Shown here piece after piece: positions 8,834-21,900 of a DNA stretch of 64,000 bases. The first letter of the stretch is position 1. Every line of letters begins with the position of its first letter. The stretch spans positions 17,157 to 81,156 of the IMG/VR virus record IMGVR_UViG_3300043447_000028, one strand, 5' to 3'. The DNA is from a virus. Taxonomy: Duplodnaviria; Heunggongvirae; Uroviricota; Caudoviricetes. The position numbers were made by a program, and so were the translations under genes. The notes under the pieces are model-generated. The model worked only from the letters and a program-made list of their open reading frames with translations, did not search any database and was not told the DNA's origin.

Positions 8834-10665
8834 TGGCAAATAATAAGAAAATTAACGTAACAGAGTTAGACTTCGATAATATCAAGTCTAACCTTAAGAC
8901 ATTCCTGAGTGGTCAAACAGAATTTCAAGACTATGACTTCGAAGGTTCTGCCATGTCTGTCTTGTTGGATGTTCTAGCATATAATACTCACTACAATGCC
9001 CTATACAACAATATGGCGATCAATGAGATGTTCTTGGACTCTGCCCGTAAGCGTAACAGCATCGTGTCACTTTCTAAGATGTTAGGTTATACACCAAGAT
9101 CAGCCACATGTGCTAAGGCTATTGTCACAGTTAATGTTAGCACAGGATCTAGTTCTCCAGCTGCAGTTTCTATACCAGCATATCAAGAATTTACAACTAC
9201 GATTGATGGTAAACAATACACATTCTATAACACTGGTTCTATTACAACAACAATTTCTGAAAATGGATATGTGTTCTCAGATGTAGAGATTACAGAAGGT
9301 AAACCACTAAACTACAAATATACAGTTTCCGATGGTATGCGTTATATCATCCCAAATGCTAACGTAGATATCAAAACATTGAAGATCAGAGTTCAAGAAA
9401 ACGCATCTTCATCTGTTTATGAAACTTGGAATAATATGGACTCTGTTGTTAATGCAACTTCAGTCACTAAAGCATTCTGGGTTAAAGAGATCGATGATGG
9501 TCTTTATGAAGTTAACTTCGGTGATGGTAATATCGGACGTGCTTTAGAAACTGGTAATGTAGTTCATATGGATTATTTCGTTTCTAGCTTAGAAGCAGCT
9601 AATGGAGCACGCACATTCTCTTATAATGGCGCAACTATTCTTGGTGGTGCTCAAGTTAGCGTTACTACTACTGGTATTGCATCGAATGGCGCTGATAAAG
9701 AATCTAATGATTCTATTCGATTCAATGCTCCAAAATTTTATGCAGCACAAAATCGTGCTGTTACGCCAGACGACTATAAAGCTCTAATCTATGCTAATGT
9801 ACCAGAAGCGAAGTCTGTTTCTGTATGGGGTGGTGAAGACAATAATCCTCCAGTTTATGGTAAGACATTTATCTGTATTAAACCACGTGATGCTACTAAA
9901 CTCACTACTGTTCAGAAAGCTGCGATCACTTCTTCTATTTTAACAAACCGTAATGTGGTTTCAGTTATCCCAGAGATCGTTGATCCAGAATATATCAACA
10001 TCGCTCTAAACATTGCTGTTTATTATAACGAACAAGAGACTACTAAGACTGCAGCTGAGATCTCTACGTTAGTTCGCCAGACTGTTGTTGCTTACAATGA
10101 TTCTGAATTACAGACATTTGATGGAGTTTTCCGTCACTCTAAATTAAGTCGTTTGATTGATGAAACAGATCCATCTATTGTTAATAGTGTTATGACTGTT
10201 CTTCTTCGTCGTAAGTTGACTCCACGTTATAACGTGTCTGCGCAATATCTGTTAAATATGATTAACCCGATTCATTACACTGGTTTGGCTGAAGAATCAT
10301 TCAAATCAACAGGTTTTTATATCGCTGGTTCAGATCAAGTTCATTATCTTGATGACGATGGTGTTCGTTATGTTCGTTTGTATCGTCTAGGTACTAACGC
10401 CACTAAGATTATCGTCAACGATCAAATCGGCACTATTGATTACACTAAGGGTATCGTTGATATTAAGAACTTACACATCACTGCCTTGGCAGATGTAGAC
10501 TTTGAACTTTCTATCGCCCCACAATCATATGATGTAGTTTCTGCTCTAACTCAGGTAGCAGAAGTTGCTCTAGACCACATGTACATCACTGCTATTGCTG
10601 ATAAGACAGCTTCTGGCGACCTGCGTGGTGGATATAACTATCAGTTTACTTCTAGTCGCTCATAA
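8833..10665 (+). CDS. gp6: baseplate wedge protein gp6 (Baseplate_J family)
   Basis: 610 aa. QTEFQDYDFEGSAMSVLLDVLAYNTHYNALYNN...FLDSA aligns closely with T4 gp6 (QNEFLDYDFEGSRLNVLCDLLAYNTLY...). Confidence 0.85.
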   Translation: MANNKKINVTELDFDNIKSNLKTFLSGQTEFQDYDFEGSAMSVLLDVLAYNTHYNALYNNMAINEMFLDSARKRNSIVSLSKMLGYTPRSATCAKAIVTVNVSTGSSSPAAVSIPAYQEFTTTIDGKQYTFYNTGSITTTISENGYVFSDVEITEGKPLNYKYTVSDGMRYIIPNANVDIKTLKIRVQENASSSVYETWNNMDSVVNATSVTKAFWVKEIDDGLYEVNFGDGNIGRALETGNVVHMDYFVSSLEAANGARTFSYNGATILGGAQVSVTTTGIASNGADKESNDSIRFNAPKFYAAQNRAVTPDDYKALIYANVPEAKSVSVWGGEDNNPPVYGKTFICIKPRDATKLTTVQKAAITSSILTNRNVVSVIPEIVDPEYINIALNIAVYYNEQETTKTAAEISTLVRQTVVAYNDSELQTFDGVFRHSKLSRLIDETDPSIVNSVMTVLLRRKLTPRYNVSAQYLLNMINPIHYTGLAEESFKSTGFYIAGSDQVHYLDDDGVRYVRLYRLGTNATKIIVNDQIGTIDYTKGIVDIKNLHITALADVDFELSIAPQSYDVVSALTQVAEVALDHMYITAIADKTASGDLRGGYNYQFTSSRS

Positions 10666-12878
10666 TGTCTATAAAGCCAAAGTTATCATCTCTGGTAGCA
10701 TCACAGCTACCTGAATTCGTAAGGTCAGATTACCCTACGTTTGTATCATTCCTGCAAGCGTACTATGACTTTTTAGAATCAACACAACAAGACTTGACAG
10801 ATCTTAGAGATCTAGACAAGACTTTGGATTCTTTCATTCGTTATTTCAAAGATGAACTGGCTTCTAAGTTACCATATACTACAGTAGATCCTCGTTTCTT
10901 GATGGAACACATCAAGGAACATTATGGTGCTAAAGGTTCTGAGGCATCATTCAAGTTATTATTCCGTATTCTTTTTAACAAAGAAGTTACAGTTGACTAC
11001 CCAGCCAAACAGATGCTCCGTGCTTCTGATGGTAAGTGGAATCAGGACGTTTCTGTATTTGTTAAAATTCTAACTGGTCATCCAAACGACCCTATTGGTA
11101 AGCTAGTTGATGTTGTAACACCAAACCGAATCATCCGTGTTTTGGTTGATCGTCGCCAGTATGTTGAAATTGAAATTGATCGTGTAGTTAGAGTATCTGA
11201 TAATGTATATGAGTACTATATTGATCGTCGTTTCTTCGGAGATATCTCTATTGGAGATAGACTTCGCTACCGTGATGATGTCAATGGTATCTACTTTACT
11301 GGTGAAATTTTAGCCACTACTTCTAAGTTGGAAGTTCAGAAGCCTGGATCTGGCTTCAAGATTGGTGACTTATACAACATCAAGAACTTTGATGGATATG
11401 GATCCATCATGAAGATCGCTCGTGTAGATTCCAATGGTGGTATTCTACAGGGACAGTTTATTAAGTATGGTGTAGGTTATACAACAGACTTTACTACTAC
11501 AATTTCTGCTAAGTCTGGACAAGATGTTTCTGGAACTGCAGGTACTGTTATTCAACGTATTGATACAGTACAACCTGGAGGCGCAATTCTTTCTACGCTA
11601 AACATTAGCGAAAAGTTAGATGGTTTCGCTGAATCTGGCACTATCAACACAGCAGACTATAACATGGCTGGTGTTGGTGAAACTGGTGGACCAGCACTTG
11701 ATGGAACATTTGCTGGTTTGGTTATGCGTGAGTTTGGTATCTCTAGCGTAGATGCTACTATCACTGATAATGACCCAGCCATCATCAAATGTTCTCTTGG
11801 ACCACTTGCAAAATATCCAGGCTACTATGTAAACAATGATGGTTTCTTAGATGACGCTATCTTTATTCAAGACAGTCGCTATTACCAAGCCTACTCTTAT
11901 GTTATCAAGATCGACGAGGCTCTAGAATCATACAAGACTGCAGTTAAGAACTTGATTCACCCTGCTGGTATGGCTATCTTCGGTGAGTATGACATTCGTA
12001 ATGAATTCGACGTTGGTCAGACTCTAGAATCATTAGTTAAGATTTTGGCAGTTACTGTTCCAGATGAAGTCACTGCAAATGCTCTAACTGAAATTAAAGA
12101 TTTTGGTAAGTATTTTGATGACCAGACTGCTAACTTTGATGGCGCAGTTGAGGGGCAATATGTAACAATGAGAGAATTAGGATTGACTCTGGATGGAACC
12201 AGAACAATGCCTTATCTAACATTGTCTAAACCAATAGACGGCACCAACCTAAATTATGATGGAGACATTGAACCTCAGTCTATCTCTTTAGCTGATGGTG
12301 GAGATGTGACTGACGATACTAGAACGATGCCGTTCTTTGATACAGTCAAAACTCTATCTGTTAACCACTATATCAATGATGGAACAACGACAGATTCAGA
12401 ATCTGTCTATATGTTAGATGTAGATGGTGTTAATGGAGCTAGAACTAATCCAGCATTTGAACAGACAAAGTTATTAGATTCAACACATCTTAACTACGAT
12501 CTAGCCTATGATAGCGAAACAACTACTATGGTTGAACAGGCTATTGGTTATGCTGGTGGTGGAACTAGAATTGGTGCTGATATACTTGACTTCGCTAAGT
12601 TATTAGACACAAATCATTACCTAAACAATGGAAATGATCAGGATCCTGAGTTGGTTGTTATGTCAGATACTGACGCAGCCGATGATACAGACCTAAATAG
12701 AACGACACCAGCATTCGTTTACACAACCACTATCGACCCATCATACTATAGTGGAAACGATGATGCTGCAGCCACAGATTCTGGTGGTCTTATCGATATT
12801 AACCCGTATGGAGAAGCTGGTTTCTTCTTGAATGATGGTGGTTTATACGTAGGTAACGCTGTCGAATTCACTGGTTAA
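10665..12878 (+). CDS. gp7: baseplate wedge protein gp7 homolog (lacks the long T4 gp7 N-terminal region)
   Basis: 737 aa. N-terminal region (LPEFVRSDYPTFVSFLQAYYDFLES ... KGSEASFKLLFRILFNKEVTVD) matches the conserved block of T4 gp7 (LENSNFEAFCEAYIQYLSDGYG ... KGIEASYKFLFKVLYNEEVEIE). Sits directly after gp6 with start/stop overlap. Confidence 0.6.
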   Translation: MSIKPKLSSLVASQLPEFVRSDYPTFVSFLQAYYDFLESTQQDLTDLRDLDKTLDSFIRYFKDELASKLPYTTVDPRFLMEHIKEHYGAKGSEASFKLLFRILFNKEVTVDYPAKQMLRASDGKWNQDVSVFVKILTGHPNDPIGKLVDVVTPNRIIRVLVDRRQYVEIEIDRVVRVSDNVYEYYIDRRFFGDISIGDRLRYRDDVNGIYFTGEILATTSKLEVQKPGSGFKIGDLYNIKNFDGYGSIMKIARVDSNGGILQGQFIKYGVGYTTDFTTTISAKSGQDVSGTAGTVIQRIDTVQPGGAILSTLNISEKLDGFAESGTINTADYNMAGVGETGGPALDGTFAGLVMREFGISSVDATITDNDPAIIKCSLGPLAKYPGYYVNNDGFLDDAIFIQDSRYYQAYSYVIKIDEALESYKTAVKNLIHPAGMAIFGEYDIRNEFDVGQTLESLVKILAVTVPDEVTANALTEIKDFGKYFDDQTANFDGAVEGQYVTMRELGLTLDGTRTMPYLTLSKPIDGTNLNYDGDIEPQSISLADGGDVTDDTRTMPFFDTVKTLSVNHYINDGTTTDSESVYMLDVDGVNGARTNPAFEQTKLLDSTHLNYDLAYDSETTTMVEQAIGYAGGGTRIGADILDFAKLLDTNHYLNNGNDQDPELVVMSDTDAADDTDLNRTTPAFVYTTTIDPSYYSGNDDAAATDSGGLIDINPYGEAGFFLNDGGLYVGNAVEFTG

Positions 12879-12902
12879 CCCAATTACTCATAGGAGAATT
12901 TT

Positions 12903-13355
12903 ATGGAATTTCAACAAAACGAAGACTTACAAGCAACTGGACAAGTTCTTATCCAACTTTTGGACGCTGCTGGTAATGTTAAAGAAGAACACAAGGTTAA
13001 AAACCTAGTTGTTTCTGCAGGTAAGACTTATATCGCTGCACGTATGCAAGGTTCAGCTATCCCAACAGTTATGGGTTACATGGCTATCGGTACTGGTACT
13101 GCAACTCCAGCTGTAGGTAACACTACTCTAGGCGTTGAAGCTGGTCGTGTAGCATTGGCTTCTTTCTCATCTTCATCTAACCAAGTTACTGCTACTGCTA
13201 CTTTCCCAGCTGGTACAGGTACTGGTGCTATTACTGAAGCAGGCATTTTCAATGCTAACTCTGCTGGTACAATGCTATGCCGTACAACTTTCCCAGTTGT
13301 TAACAAGGCAGCAGGTGACTCTATCGCTATCACTTGGGTTGTTACAGTAAGCTAA
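12903..13355 (+). CDS. hypothetical small beta-rich structural protein
   Basis: 150-aa ORF with RBS TAGGAGAA; Ala/Gly/Thr-rich; no motif recognised. Confidence 0.3.
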   Translation: MEFQQNEDLQATGQVLIQLLDAAGNVKEEHKVKNLVVSAGKTYIAARMQGSAIPTVMGYMAIGTGTATPAVGNTTLGVEAGRVALASFSSSSNQVTATATFPAGTGTGAITEAGIFNANSAGTMLCRTTFPVVNKAAGDSIAITWVVTVS

Positions 13356-13372
13356 TTTTTTAGGTAAATTCA

Positions 13373-15949
13373 ATGAGCTCATCTTCTTTACTGAAGTCTC
13401 CTCTACACAACTCTATTGCAGAGGCACTGTTCGATGAGATCCAGAACCGAAATGCCCGCTACTATTATTTCTTAGGAAAGACTGTTAGTTGGGTGGACGA
13501 TACAACTCCTCCATATCCAATTGACAGTTTCGATTATGAGTTACAAACACGTAACGAAATGATCACTCTAAAAGAAATTAAGAGTACGGACGTTTCGTTC
13601 GTCATCCCACGTGTAGATTGGGTAACTGGTCAGATCTGGGATATGTACGATGATCAGTATAGTGATGAAGTTCAAGGTGTTAACCTAATCTCAGGTGGTT
13701 TTGGATATTCTGATCCACCTACAGTTACGATTACTGGAGGTGGTGGTACTGGAGCGATTGCTGTTCCAACGATCCAAGATGGTGTAGTTATCTCTATTGA
13801 TATGGTCTCACGTGGTAGAGGCTATACTTCTGTTCCCACAGTAGAAATCACTGGTGGTGGTGGTGAGGGTGCTACTGCAACTGCTTCTGTTGCTATAGCA
13901 TACTCTGGCGCTCAGCGTCTAGAAGACATCAACTGTGTTGTTATGACAGACGAATACAACGTATATAAGTGTCTAGACAATAACAACAATGCTCTTTCTA
14001 CATACAAACCAATCGGTACTGTTGTAGATCCAGTTATTATGCCAGACGGCTATATGTGGAAATACTTGTATAGTATTCCAATCGCTCTGCGTAACAAATT
14101 CTTGACAGATGTGTATATGCCTGTCGTTAACTCTATCCGCTCACAGTTCTATTCCAACGGAGAGATTCTCAATGTTGTCTTAGAAAATATGGGCAAAGAT
14201 TACACGTTTGCTTCTATTTCTGTAGCTGGTGATGGTTATCGTGAATCAGATCCTCTATTATTACAGAACGTGCAGATCTCTGCGCCTGGAACTGGTTATA
14301 CTTCTGGCGCTACTGTTACTATTGACCCTCCATTTGCTGGGGCAAACTCTTGGACTGCTGATGTCGGTATTCTACTTGGACAAAAAGTAGAACACGAAAA
14401 TAACATCTATGAAGCTACTGTATCTGGTACACTAGCATCTCCAGCACCAACACATAAGTCTGGCGTTGTTTCCAATGGTACGGCATCTTTGCGATATATC
14501 GGAACACGTGCTACTGGATCTGTTAATATAACAGCTGGAGCAGTAACTGGTATAACTCTAAATGGTTCTATCTTAGAAATCAATATCACAAACCCAGGAT
14601 CTGGTTATACATCTGCTCCTGCAATTACACTAACTGGTGGTGGTGGTTCTGGATTTGTTGGTTCTGCTGTAATGAATGGTACTGGCGTACAGAAAGTTTA
14701 TGTATCTGATGCTGGTGATGAATATACTTCTATCCCAACAGCAAAATTTGGCAATCAGTGGACAGCATCTACTGCTTATACAGTAGGAACACAAATTTTC
14801 TATTCTAGCCGTTTGTATACGGTTACTGTTGCAGGAACTACTGCTTCTGTTGCTCCAACTCATACATCTGGTTCAGCCACAGACGGTACTGCTACTTTAA
14901 CATATGTTGGTTCTCCAGCTACAGGTACTGTTGTTCTTAAATACGGTGCTGGTTACTCTGCGTTACCTAATGTGCAAATTTCTCCAGTATCAGGTGGTGC
15001 TGGTGCGACTGGTTATTTCGTTGGTGTTAAATCAGAAGCTAAGTTAATTCCTCTGATTGTGGATGGACAAATCACTGGCGTGCAAATTGACAATGGTGGC
15101 GTTGGATATACATACGCCAACTTGACAGTACAGGGCGATGGAACAGATGCTAAGGTTACTGCTGATCTAAGTCCAGGTGATATTAATACAATGCAGGCTA
15201 ATACTGAACTATTGACACCAGATGGTCGCATTATGGCTTATCCAGTTATCTCTGGTGGCTTTGGATATGGAACTAATCCAACTATTACTATTGATGGTGA
15301 CGGTACTGGTGCAACTGCTCATGCTATTGTTGAATCTGGTTCTATCAAGAAAATTGTAGTTGATGGATATGGTACTGGCTATCGTTGGACCAAAGTTACC
15401 ATTGAAGGTGGTGGATATGGAGCTAAGGCTCGTGGTGTGCGTGCACCATATGGCGGTCACGGTAAAGATCCTATCACTGGTATGTTTGCAAGAACGCTGA
15501 TGTTCTACACTAATATCTCTAAAGATACCAACCAAGGATTCAATGTAAACAACGACTTCCGTCAATTGGGTATTATTAAAAACCCACGCCAGTTTGGACA
15601 GTATGGTAACTTGAAGAGTGCTATTGCTTCTGCTTGTTATGTAGCTACTGGTTTCGTTGATACTGCTGTTATGAAGCAAGATATGTTGTTGACTGTTGGC
15701 GACGATGCACGCAGATTCCGCATCGTTTCTTTGACTACAACTGGTATGCTTCTCCAGTCTTTAGATAATTATGTACCAGTAGTTGGATCTGTTTTCGTTA
15801 ACCCAGATGGCGTGACATTCACTGCTTCTGGAATCACAGCACCAACTGCTGATAAGTATTCTGGTCATATCTTGTTTATTGATAACAAACAAGCGTTTAC
15901 GCCTACTGCTGACCAAACAGTTACACTAAGAACTGTTATCAAATTCTAA
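13373..15949 (+). CDS. baseplate wedge protein with gp8-like C-terminal domain and a long N-terminal array of GSGYTS/GGGG and APTHTSG modules
   Basis: 858 aa. Near the C-terminus, NNDFRQLGIIKNP matches T4 gp8 GNKGFRQISIITNP. The N-terminal 600 aa contain at least 5 copies of GxGY(T/S)xxPTVTIxGGGGxGA and two ASPAPTH(K/T)SG...L(R/T)Y(I/V)G modules. Confidence 0.45.
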   Translation: MSSSSLLKSPLHNSIAEALFDEIQNRNARYYYFLGKTVSWVDDTTPPYPIDSFDYELQTRNEMITLKEIKSTDVSFVIPRVDWVTGQIWDMYDDQYSDEVQGVNLISGGFGYSDPPTVTITGGGGTGAIAVPTIQDGVVISIDMVSRGRGYTSVPTVEITGGGGEGATATASVAIAYSGAQRLEDINCVVMTDEYNVYKCLDNNNNALSTYKPIGTVVDPVIMPDGYMWKYLYSIPIALRNKFLTDVYMPVVNSIRSQFYSNGEILNVVLENMGKDYTFASISVAGDGYRESDPLLLQNVQISAPGTGYTSGATVTIDPPFAGANSWTADVGILLGQKVEHENNIYEATVSGTLASPAPTHKSGVVSNGTASLRYIGTRATGSVNITAGAVTGITLNGSILEINITNPGSGYTSAPAITLTGGGGSGFVGSAVMNGTGVQKVYVSDAGDEYTSIPTAKFGNQWTASTAYTVGTQIFYSSRLYTVTVAGTTASVAPTHTSGSATDGTATLTYVGSPATGTVVLKYGAGYSALPNVQISPVSGGAGATGYFVGVKSEAKLIPLIVDGQITGVQIDNGGVGYTYANLTVQGDGTDAKVTADLSPGDINTMQANTELLTPDGRIMAYPVISGGFGYGTNPTITIDGDGTGATAHAIVESGSIKKIVVDGYGTGYRWTKVTIEGGGYGAKARGVRAPYGGHGKDPITGMFARTLMFYTNISKDTNQGFNVNNDFRQLGIIKNPRQFGQYGNLKSAIASACYVATGFVDTAVMKQDMLLTVGDDARRFRIVSLTTTGMLLQSLDNYVPVVGSVFVNPDGVTFTASGITAPTADKYSGHILFIDNKQAFTPTADQTVTLRTVIKF

Positions 15950-15955
15950 TAAATA
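15946..15955 (+). promoter_or_regulatory. late-promoter-like motif CTAATAAATA upstream of the giant structural gene
   Basis: AATAAATA (one mismatch to T4 TATAAATA) about 30 nt upstream of the ATG at 15985. Confidence 0.3.
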
Positions 15956-15984
15956 AAGAATAACATTTTAAGAAGAGTAAAAGA

Positions 15985-18900
15985 ATGATCGATTTCAATA
16001 CCGAACCGTATAATGATGATTACGACGAGAACAAGAAGTTCTATCGTATTTTGTATCGCCCATCGTTTGCTGTTCAGGCTCGTGAACTCACACAAATGCA
16101 GACTATTCTGCAGAATCAGATTTCTCGCCATGGTGATGCAATTTTCAAACAAGGTGCGATGGTAATCCCTGGACAAGCATCTGTTGAGACTGTTACTCAG
16201 CCTGGAAAGGGAGCAGATTACGTTAAACTACAATCAAGTTATAACGGTGTTGCTGTTCAAACATTCGTTTCTGCTCTAAAGGGTATGACGATTGTAGGTT
16301 CTTCTGGTGTTACTGCTCAAGTTATTGTAGCCCAAGACGCTGAAAATACTGATCCAACTACATTGTATGTTCGCTATACAACAACTGGTTCTAACAACAC
16401 AACTCAGACATTCTCTAACTCTGAAGTTATCACAACTCTAGATGGTACATACTCTTTCCAAGCAGCAGCAAGCGATGCTGTAGGTAAAGGTTCTATTGCT
16501 ACAATCCAACGTGGTGTTTACTATGTTAACAACCACTTCTGTTTAGTTGAAGAACAAGCTATCGTTCTTGAGAAATATACTAATGACCCATCTTATCGTG
16601 TTGGTCTAACTGTAACTGAATCTATCGTCACTCCAGAAGAAGACGAAACACTACTTGACAATGCACAGAACAGCTATAACTTTGCTGCTCCAGGCGCTCA
16701 CCGTTACTACATCGATTTAACTTTATCTAAGTTAGCTATTGATTCTACATCAGACGAAAACTTTATTGAGCTGATCCGTGTTGTAGAAGGACGAATCAAA
16801 ACCATCGTCGACACTACTGCATACTCTCTATTGGGTGATGAACTTGCTCGCCGCACATATGATGAATCAGGCGATTATGTTGTTCGTGATTTTGCAATTG
16901 ATATTCGTGAACACCGCAACAATGATCGTGGTGTGTGGGTTCAGAATACTGCATATCTAACAGGCGACATTGTAACGAATGATGGCAACACTTATGTTGC
17001 CAAGTTATCAGGAACATCTGTTACTACTGCCCCAACACATACATCTGGTACTGCATATGACGGTCCAGGTTCTACTGGTATCAAGTGGGAGTTTAACTCT
17101 AAACCAGCATATAATCGTGGTATCTATAAAGACGGCTCTGAGTCTAAACTCGCTGTTGGTTTAGAACCAGGAAAGGCTTATGTTCGTGGCTACGAGATTC
17201 AGAAAGATTCTACAACATATGTTGAAGTAGATAAAGCACGTGCTTACGACCAAGCATTGAATAGCATTATCCAACCTACTGTTGGTAACTATGTGCTGGT
17301 GACAAACGTAAATAACCTACCTCCAATTGATACTTGCGAGATTATCTCTTTGAGAGATCAGGTAACAGGTTCTTCTACTGGTACTGCAGCAGGTGCTCAA
17401 GTTGGTACTGCTCGTGTTCGTTTTATGGAATGGCATTCTGGTGCTTTGTATGGTGCTACTGCTGTTTACAAACTAGGTCTGTTTGACATCCAGATGAACT
17501 CTGGTAAAGATTTCAACCGTAATGTCAAGTCGTTCTTCTATAATGTATCAAGTGCAGATCCTAACCTAAGTTTCAGTTCTGATATTAACCCAATTACAAC
17601 TCAATTGGTTGGTTCTGTTAGCGCTTCTACTACTTCACTAACTGGTGTTGGTACATCATTCCAAACTGACTTAGTTTCTGGCGATTATATCGTCGTTGAT
17701 GGTACTATGATTCGTGTCACTGGCACTCCATCTTCACAGAACGTAGTAACAATTACTTCTAGTTCATTCTCTGGCAAGGCATATTCTCTTGCAACTACAC
17801 AGATCCTAGAAGCAAACAATTCTAGTTTGGTATTCTCTTTACCAAACTACGCTATTCGTTCTGTTCGTGGTGCTGGAACTTCTGGTGTTAATAACACAAC
17901 TTATATCTGCTACCAAAAATTCACACAGACTGCTTCTGGCGTTACTGTTAACTTGTCTACATCTGGTACATTTGCATCTGCCTCTGGAGCTACAAACTAT
18001 ATCGTAGTAGACAATGATGCTACTTCTGGTGGTGCGATTATTAACCCAGTTTCTATTGTTCCAGTTGGTTCTACTTGTACTATTACTGTTCCAGCTGGTC
18101 AGTCTGGTCACTCTATTACAGTTATTGCTGCTATTATCCGTAATGGCTCTGGTTACGAAAAGACTAAAACTCTTACAACTGTCACTGAAACATTCACTAC
18201 AGCTGATGCTGCTCAGGCAGAAACTCTATACCTAGACAAAGCAGACGTATTCCGTATCGTTTCTATTAAGATGGCAACTGATGCGTTTGGCACATCACCA
18301 TCTTCTTACACTCAAGACATCTCTGATCGTTATGAGTTTGATAATGGTCAGCGTAGCACTCACTATGATTGGGGTCGTTTGAAACTTCTCCCATCATTCA
18401 CTGCTCCATCTAATCCAGTGCAAGTTATATACGAGTATTTCGAGCATGGTGTTGGTGATTATTTCGATATTAACTCTTATAGCAACGTAGACTACAACCA
18501 AGTCCCAGCAGTTCTTCGTGACTCTTTGGATTTCCGTCCACGTGTTGCTAATAAGTCTGCAGGTTCTGCTAAGAACTTTATCTCTACTGGTGGTTCTATC
18601 ACTGGTATTCCAAAGCGTGGAGAAAGTGTAACATCTGATTACAGCTATTACCTAGCACGTAAAGATAAGATCGCCCTTGACTTCAATGGTAAGTTCTTTG
18701 ATATCACAGGTGTTGCTTCTACTAATCCAGGCGAACCTCAAGATCCAGCGCTAGGTATGGTTCTATACACTCTAGAAATGGAACCATACACATTCTCTAC
18801 TGAGTCTATCCGCACTACAAAGATTGAGAACAAGCGTTACACAATGCGTGACATTGGTAAGCTAGAAACTCGTATTAACAACTTAGAATACTACACTTCT

Positions 18901-21900
18901 CTTTCTCTTCTAGAACAAGAAACACAATCTATGAAGATCACTACTTCTGGTGGTCTAGATCGTATGAAGAACGGTTTCGTTGTTGATAACTTCAGTGGTA
19001 ACAATATCGGTAATAGCAAGTCTAAAGACTACTACTGTGCTATCGATATGGAAAAGAATCAACTTCGTCCATACTACACATCTTATAATGCAAACTTGAT
19101 TGAGAAGAACTCTAACGCTGGACAGCGTGCTGCTTCTAACTATCAGTTGAACGGTGATATTATCACTCTTCCAATTATCGATACTCCAGTATTGATCAAA
19201 CAAGATTATGCTTCTCGTTTGGAAAATATCAACCCGTTCGCTATCTACACATTCTTAGGTAATGTGGAAATTAACCCACCTTCTGATGATTGGTTTGAGA
19301 CTGCTCGTATGCCAGATATCGTTCAGCAGGTAGAAGGTAACTACAATACAATTAAAGACCTAGCAACTCGTGCGGGCGTTATCGGTGATGCTGGTTTCGG
19401 TACTGTATGGGGTGCGTGGGAAACTGAATGGATGGGTACACCTTATTCTACTGGCACACAGTCATTCTCTGCAGATCGCCGCTCTGGTGATGGTGGTGCT
19501 GCATTAGACGCACAATTTGGTCTTGGACCAGAAGCACCTGGATGGGCTATCCGAACAGTTAAAGTAGAAAACTTTGCTCAAGCAGTTGGACAATCTCGCT
19601 CTGGTGTTAAAACAACTCTAGCAGTTAAGACTGACTATGAGACTGTTGCAGACCGCACAGTTTCTACTGCTGTTATTCCTTATATGCGCTCTAGAAACAT
19701 TCTGGTGCAGACTAAAGGTCTGAAACCGTCTACTCGTTTCTATGCTTACTTCGATGACGTGGACGTGAACGATTATGTTGTACCTTCTGTTAAGTTGGTA
19801 TATACTGCTGGTTCTGGAACATTTGATATTAGCACTAACGTAGGTGGTTCTGCTTCTGAAACTAAGCGTCGTATTAATGGCGATTCTCAAGTTTGTTTGA
19901 ACCGTGGTGATGTTATCTCTAACTCGCTAAACACTGCTTCTGGTGTTGTTATCGGCAAGTATACTGATCCAGATACTGGTGCGTTGACACTTGAATTAGC
20001 CAACGTAATTGGCACTTTCTCTAACGGACAAACATTCTCTGGTTCTGTTTCTGGCGCTTCTGGTACTGTTGTTTCTATTACAACACCTACTACTCTAATC
20101 ACAAACAAGAATGGTGATTTGAACTTCTTATTCACAATTCCAAACACAGAAGCTATCCACTTTCGCACTGGCGCTCGTGAGTTGAAACTTATCGATGCAT
20201 CTACTTCTACAGGACAGTGGACATCTCGTGGTCGTGGTATTTACCGTGCAGAAGGTGTTCTAGAAACTAAACAATCTACAGTGAACGCTGTTCGTAACGC
20301 TGAATTGGTTAAAGAAGTTGTTGGTCCAAACGACGATCCTGCTGGTCGTCAGACAATCTACCAAGGCGCAGGAAGCCGTATCGTTTCTGATACTGGTTGG
20401 TACGATCCACTTGCTCAATCTTTCTTGGTTGAACAAAAGGGTGGGGCATTCTTGACTAGCGTGGATATCTTCTTTGCTACAAAAGACGATCGTATTCCTG
20501 TAACATTGGAAATTCGTGAGATGGTTAATGGAACACCTGGAAAGAACGTGCTTGCGTTCAGCCGTGTTTCTCTAAAACCAGAACAAGTGAACTTGTCTTC
20601 TACTGTAGTTTCATTGGATGGTACTGAGTATCCAACTTACGACACTCCAACTAAGTTTACATTCACTACTCCAGTATATGTCCAAGACAATACTGAATAC
20701 TGCTTTGTTCTTCAGTCTGATTCTAACAACTATAAGTGCTGGATTTCTAACGTAGGCGATCAAATTCCTGGAACTTCTGGAAGAACTATCTCCAAGCAAC
20801 CTTATGCTGGTGTATTGTTCAAGTCTCAGAACGCATCTACTTGGACTGCTGACCAAAACCAAGACATTAAGTTTACAATCTACCGTGCTAAGTTTGATAC
20901 TAGCGTTGTTGGTAACATCAGCTTCGTTAATGACGTAGTACCATTCGACAATATTGAGAATGATCCATTCCAAGTTGTATCTGGTTCTACAACAGTTCGT
21001 GTATGGCACAACGACCATGGTATGTACTCTGGCTCTCGTGTAACTATCAAGGGTGTTGGTTCTGCTGTTAAGGGAATTCCAGCTGCTGAGTTGAATGGTG
21101 ACCATGTAATCGCAAACTGCGACGCTAACTGCTACACTATTACAACTGGCACTGCTGCTACTTCTAGTGGTTATGGTGGTGGTTCTGCAGTATATGCAAC
21201 TCGTAACATTACATACGATTTGATCAACCCATCTATTCAGATGCAGACTTTCTCTGACACTAAGTCTAGCTTCTCTATCTTGACATCTTCTGGTAAGTCT
21301 ATTGATGGCTCTCAAACTCCATATGTTCAAGATACAAGTTATACACCTTGCTTGATCAAACAGAACAATACATTTGGAACACCACGTGTTATCGCTTCTG
21401 AGATCAACGAGAATGTATTAATGGGTGGTAATAAGTCTGTTACATTTGCTGCACAGATTTCTACTACTAACGACTCTGTATCTCCAGTTATCGATACTGC
21501 TCGCACTAGCTTGGTTGCTATCTCTAATAAGATCAACCAACCTACAGAATCAAACACTAACGTGGCTGCTCTAGACGTTAAGTCTATTATTACTGGTTCT
21601 ACTGCTTGGTCATTCACTACAACTGGATTTAGTTCTACAAATGCTACTATCCGTGGTGCTATGGCTGCAATCGGTATCGGGCGTTATGTGACTATCTCTG
21701 GAACTGCAACTACTGCAGGAAACTTAGGTACATTCCTAGTTACTGGATTCACTGATGATGGCACAACTGCTACTATCACTTTAGATTCTGGATACGCTGG
21801 AACAGCTGAAACTGCTCTTTCTACAGTAACAGTTTCTCTTCGTGAGATGTTCTTTGATGCTATCACCCCAGAAGGTAACTCTGCTCTAGCTTCATATGTA

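Noticed and set aside
20611-21330. 239-aa ORF on the minus strand, with many other minus-strand ORFs of 60-220 aa (e.g. 55647-56318, 60072-60647, 29375-29890, 62663-63094, 37155-37586)
   Set aside because: All lie entirely inside long, well-supported plus-strand genes (giant structural gene, gp46, cobS-like, fibre, SPFH, gp14). They have no RBS and are Ser/Thr/Cys/Arg-rich antisense translations, so they are treated as shadow ORFs.
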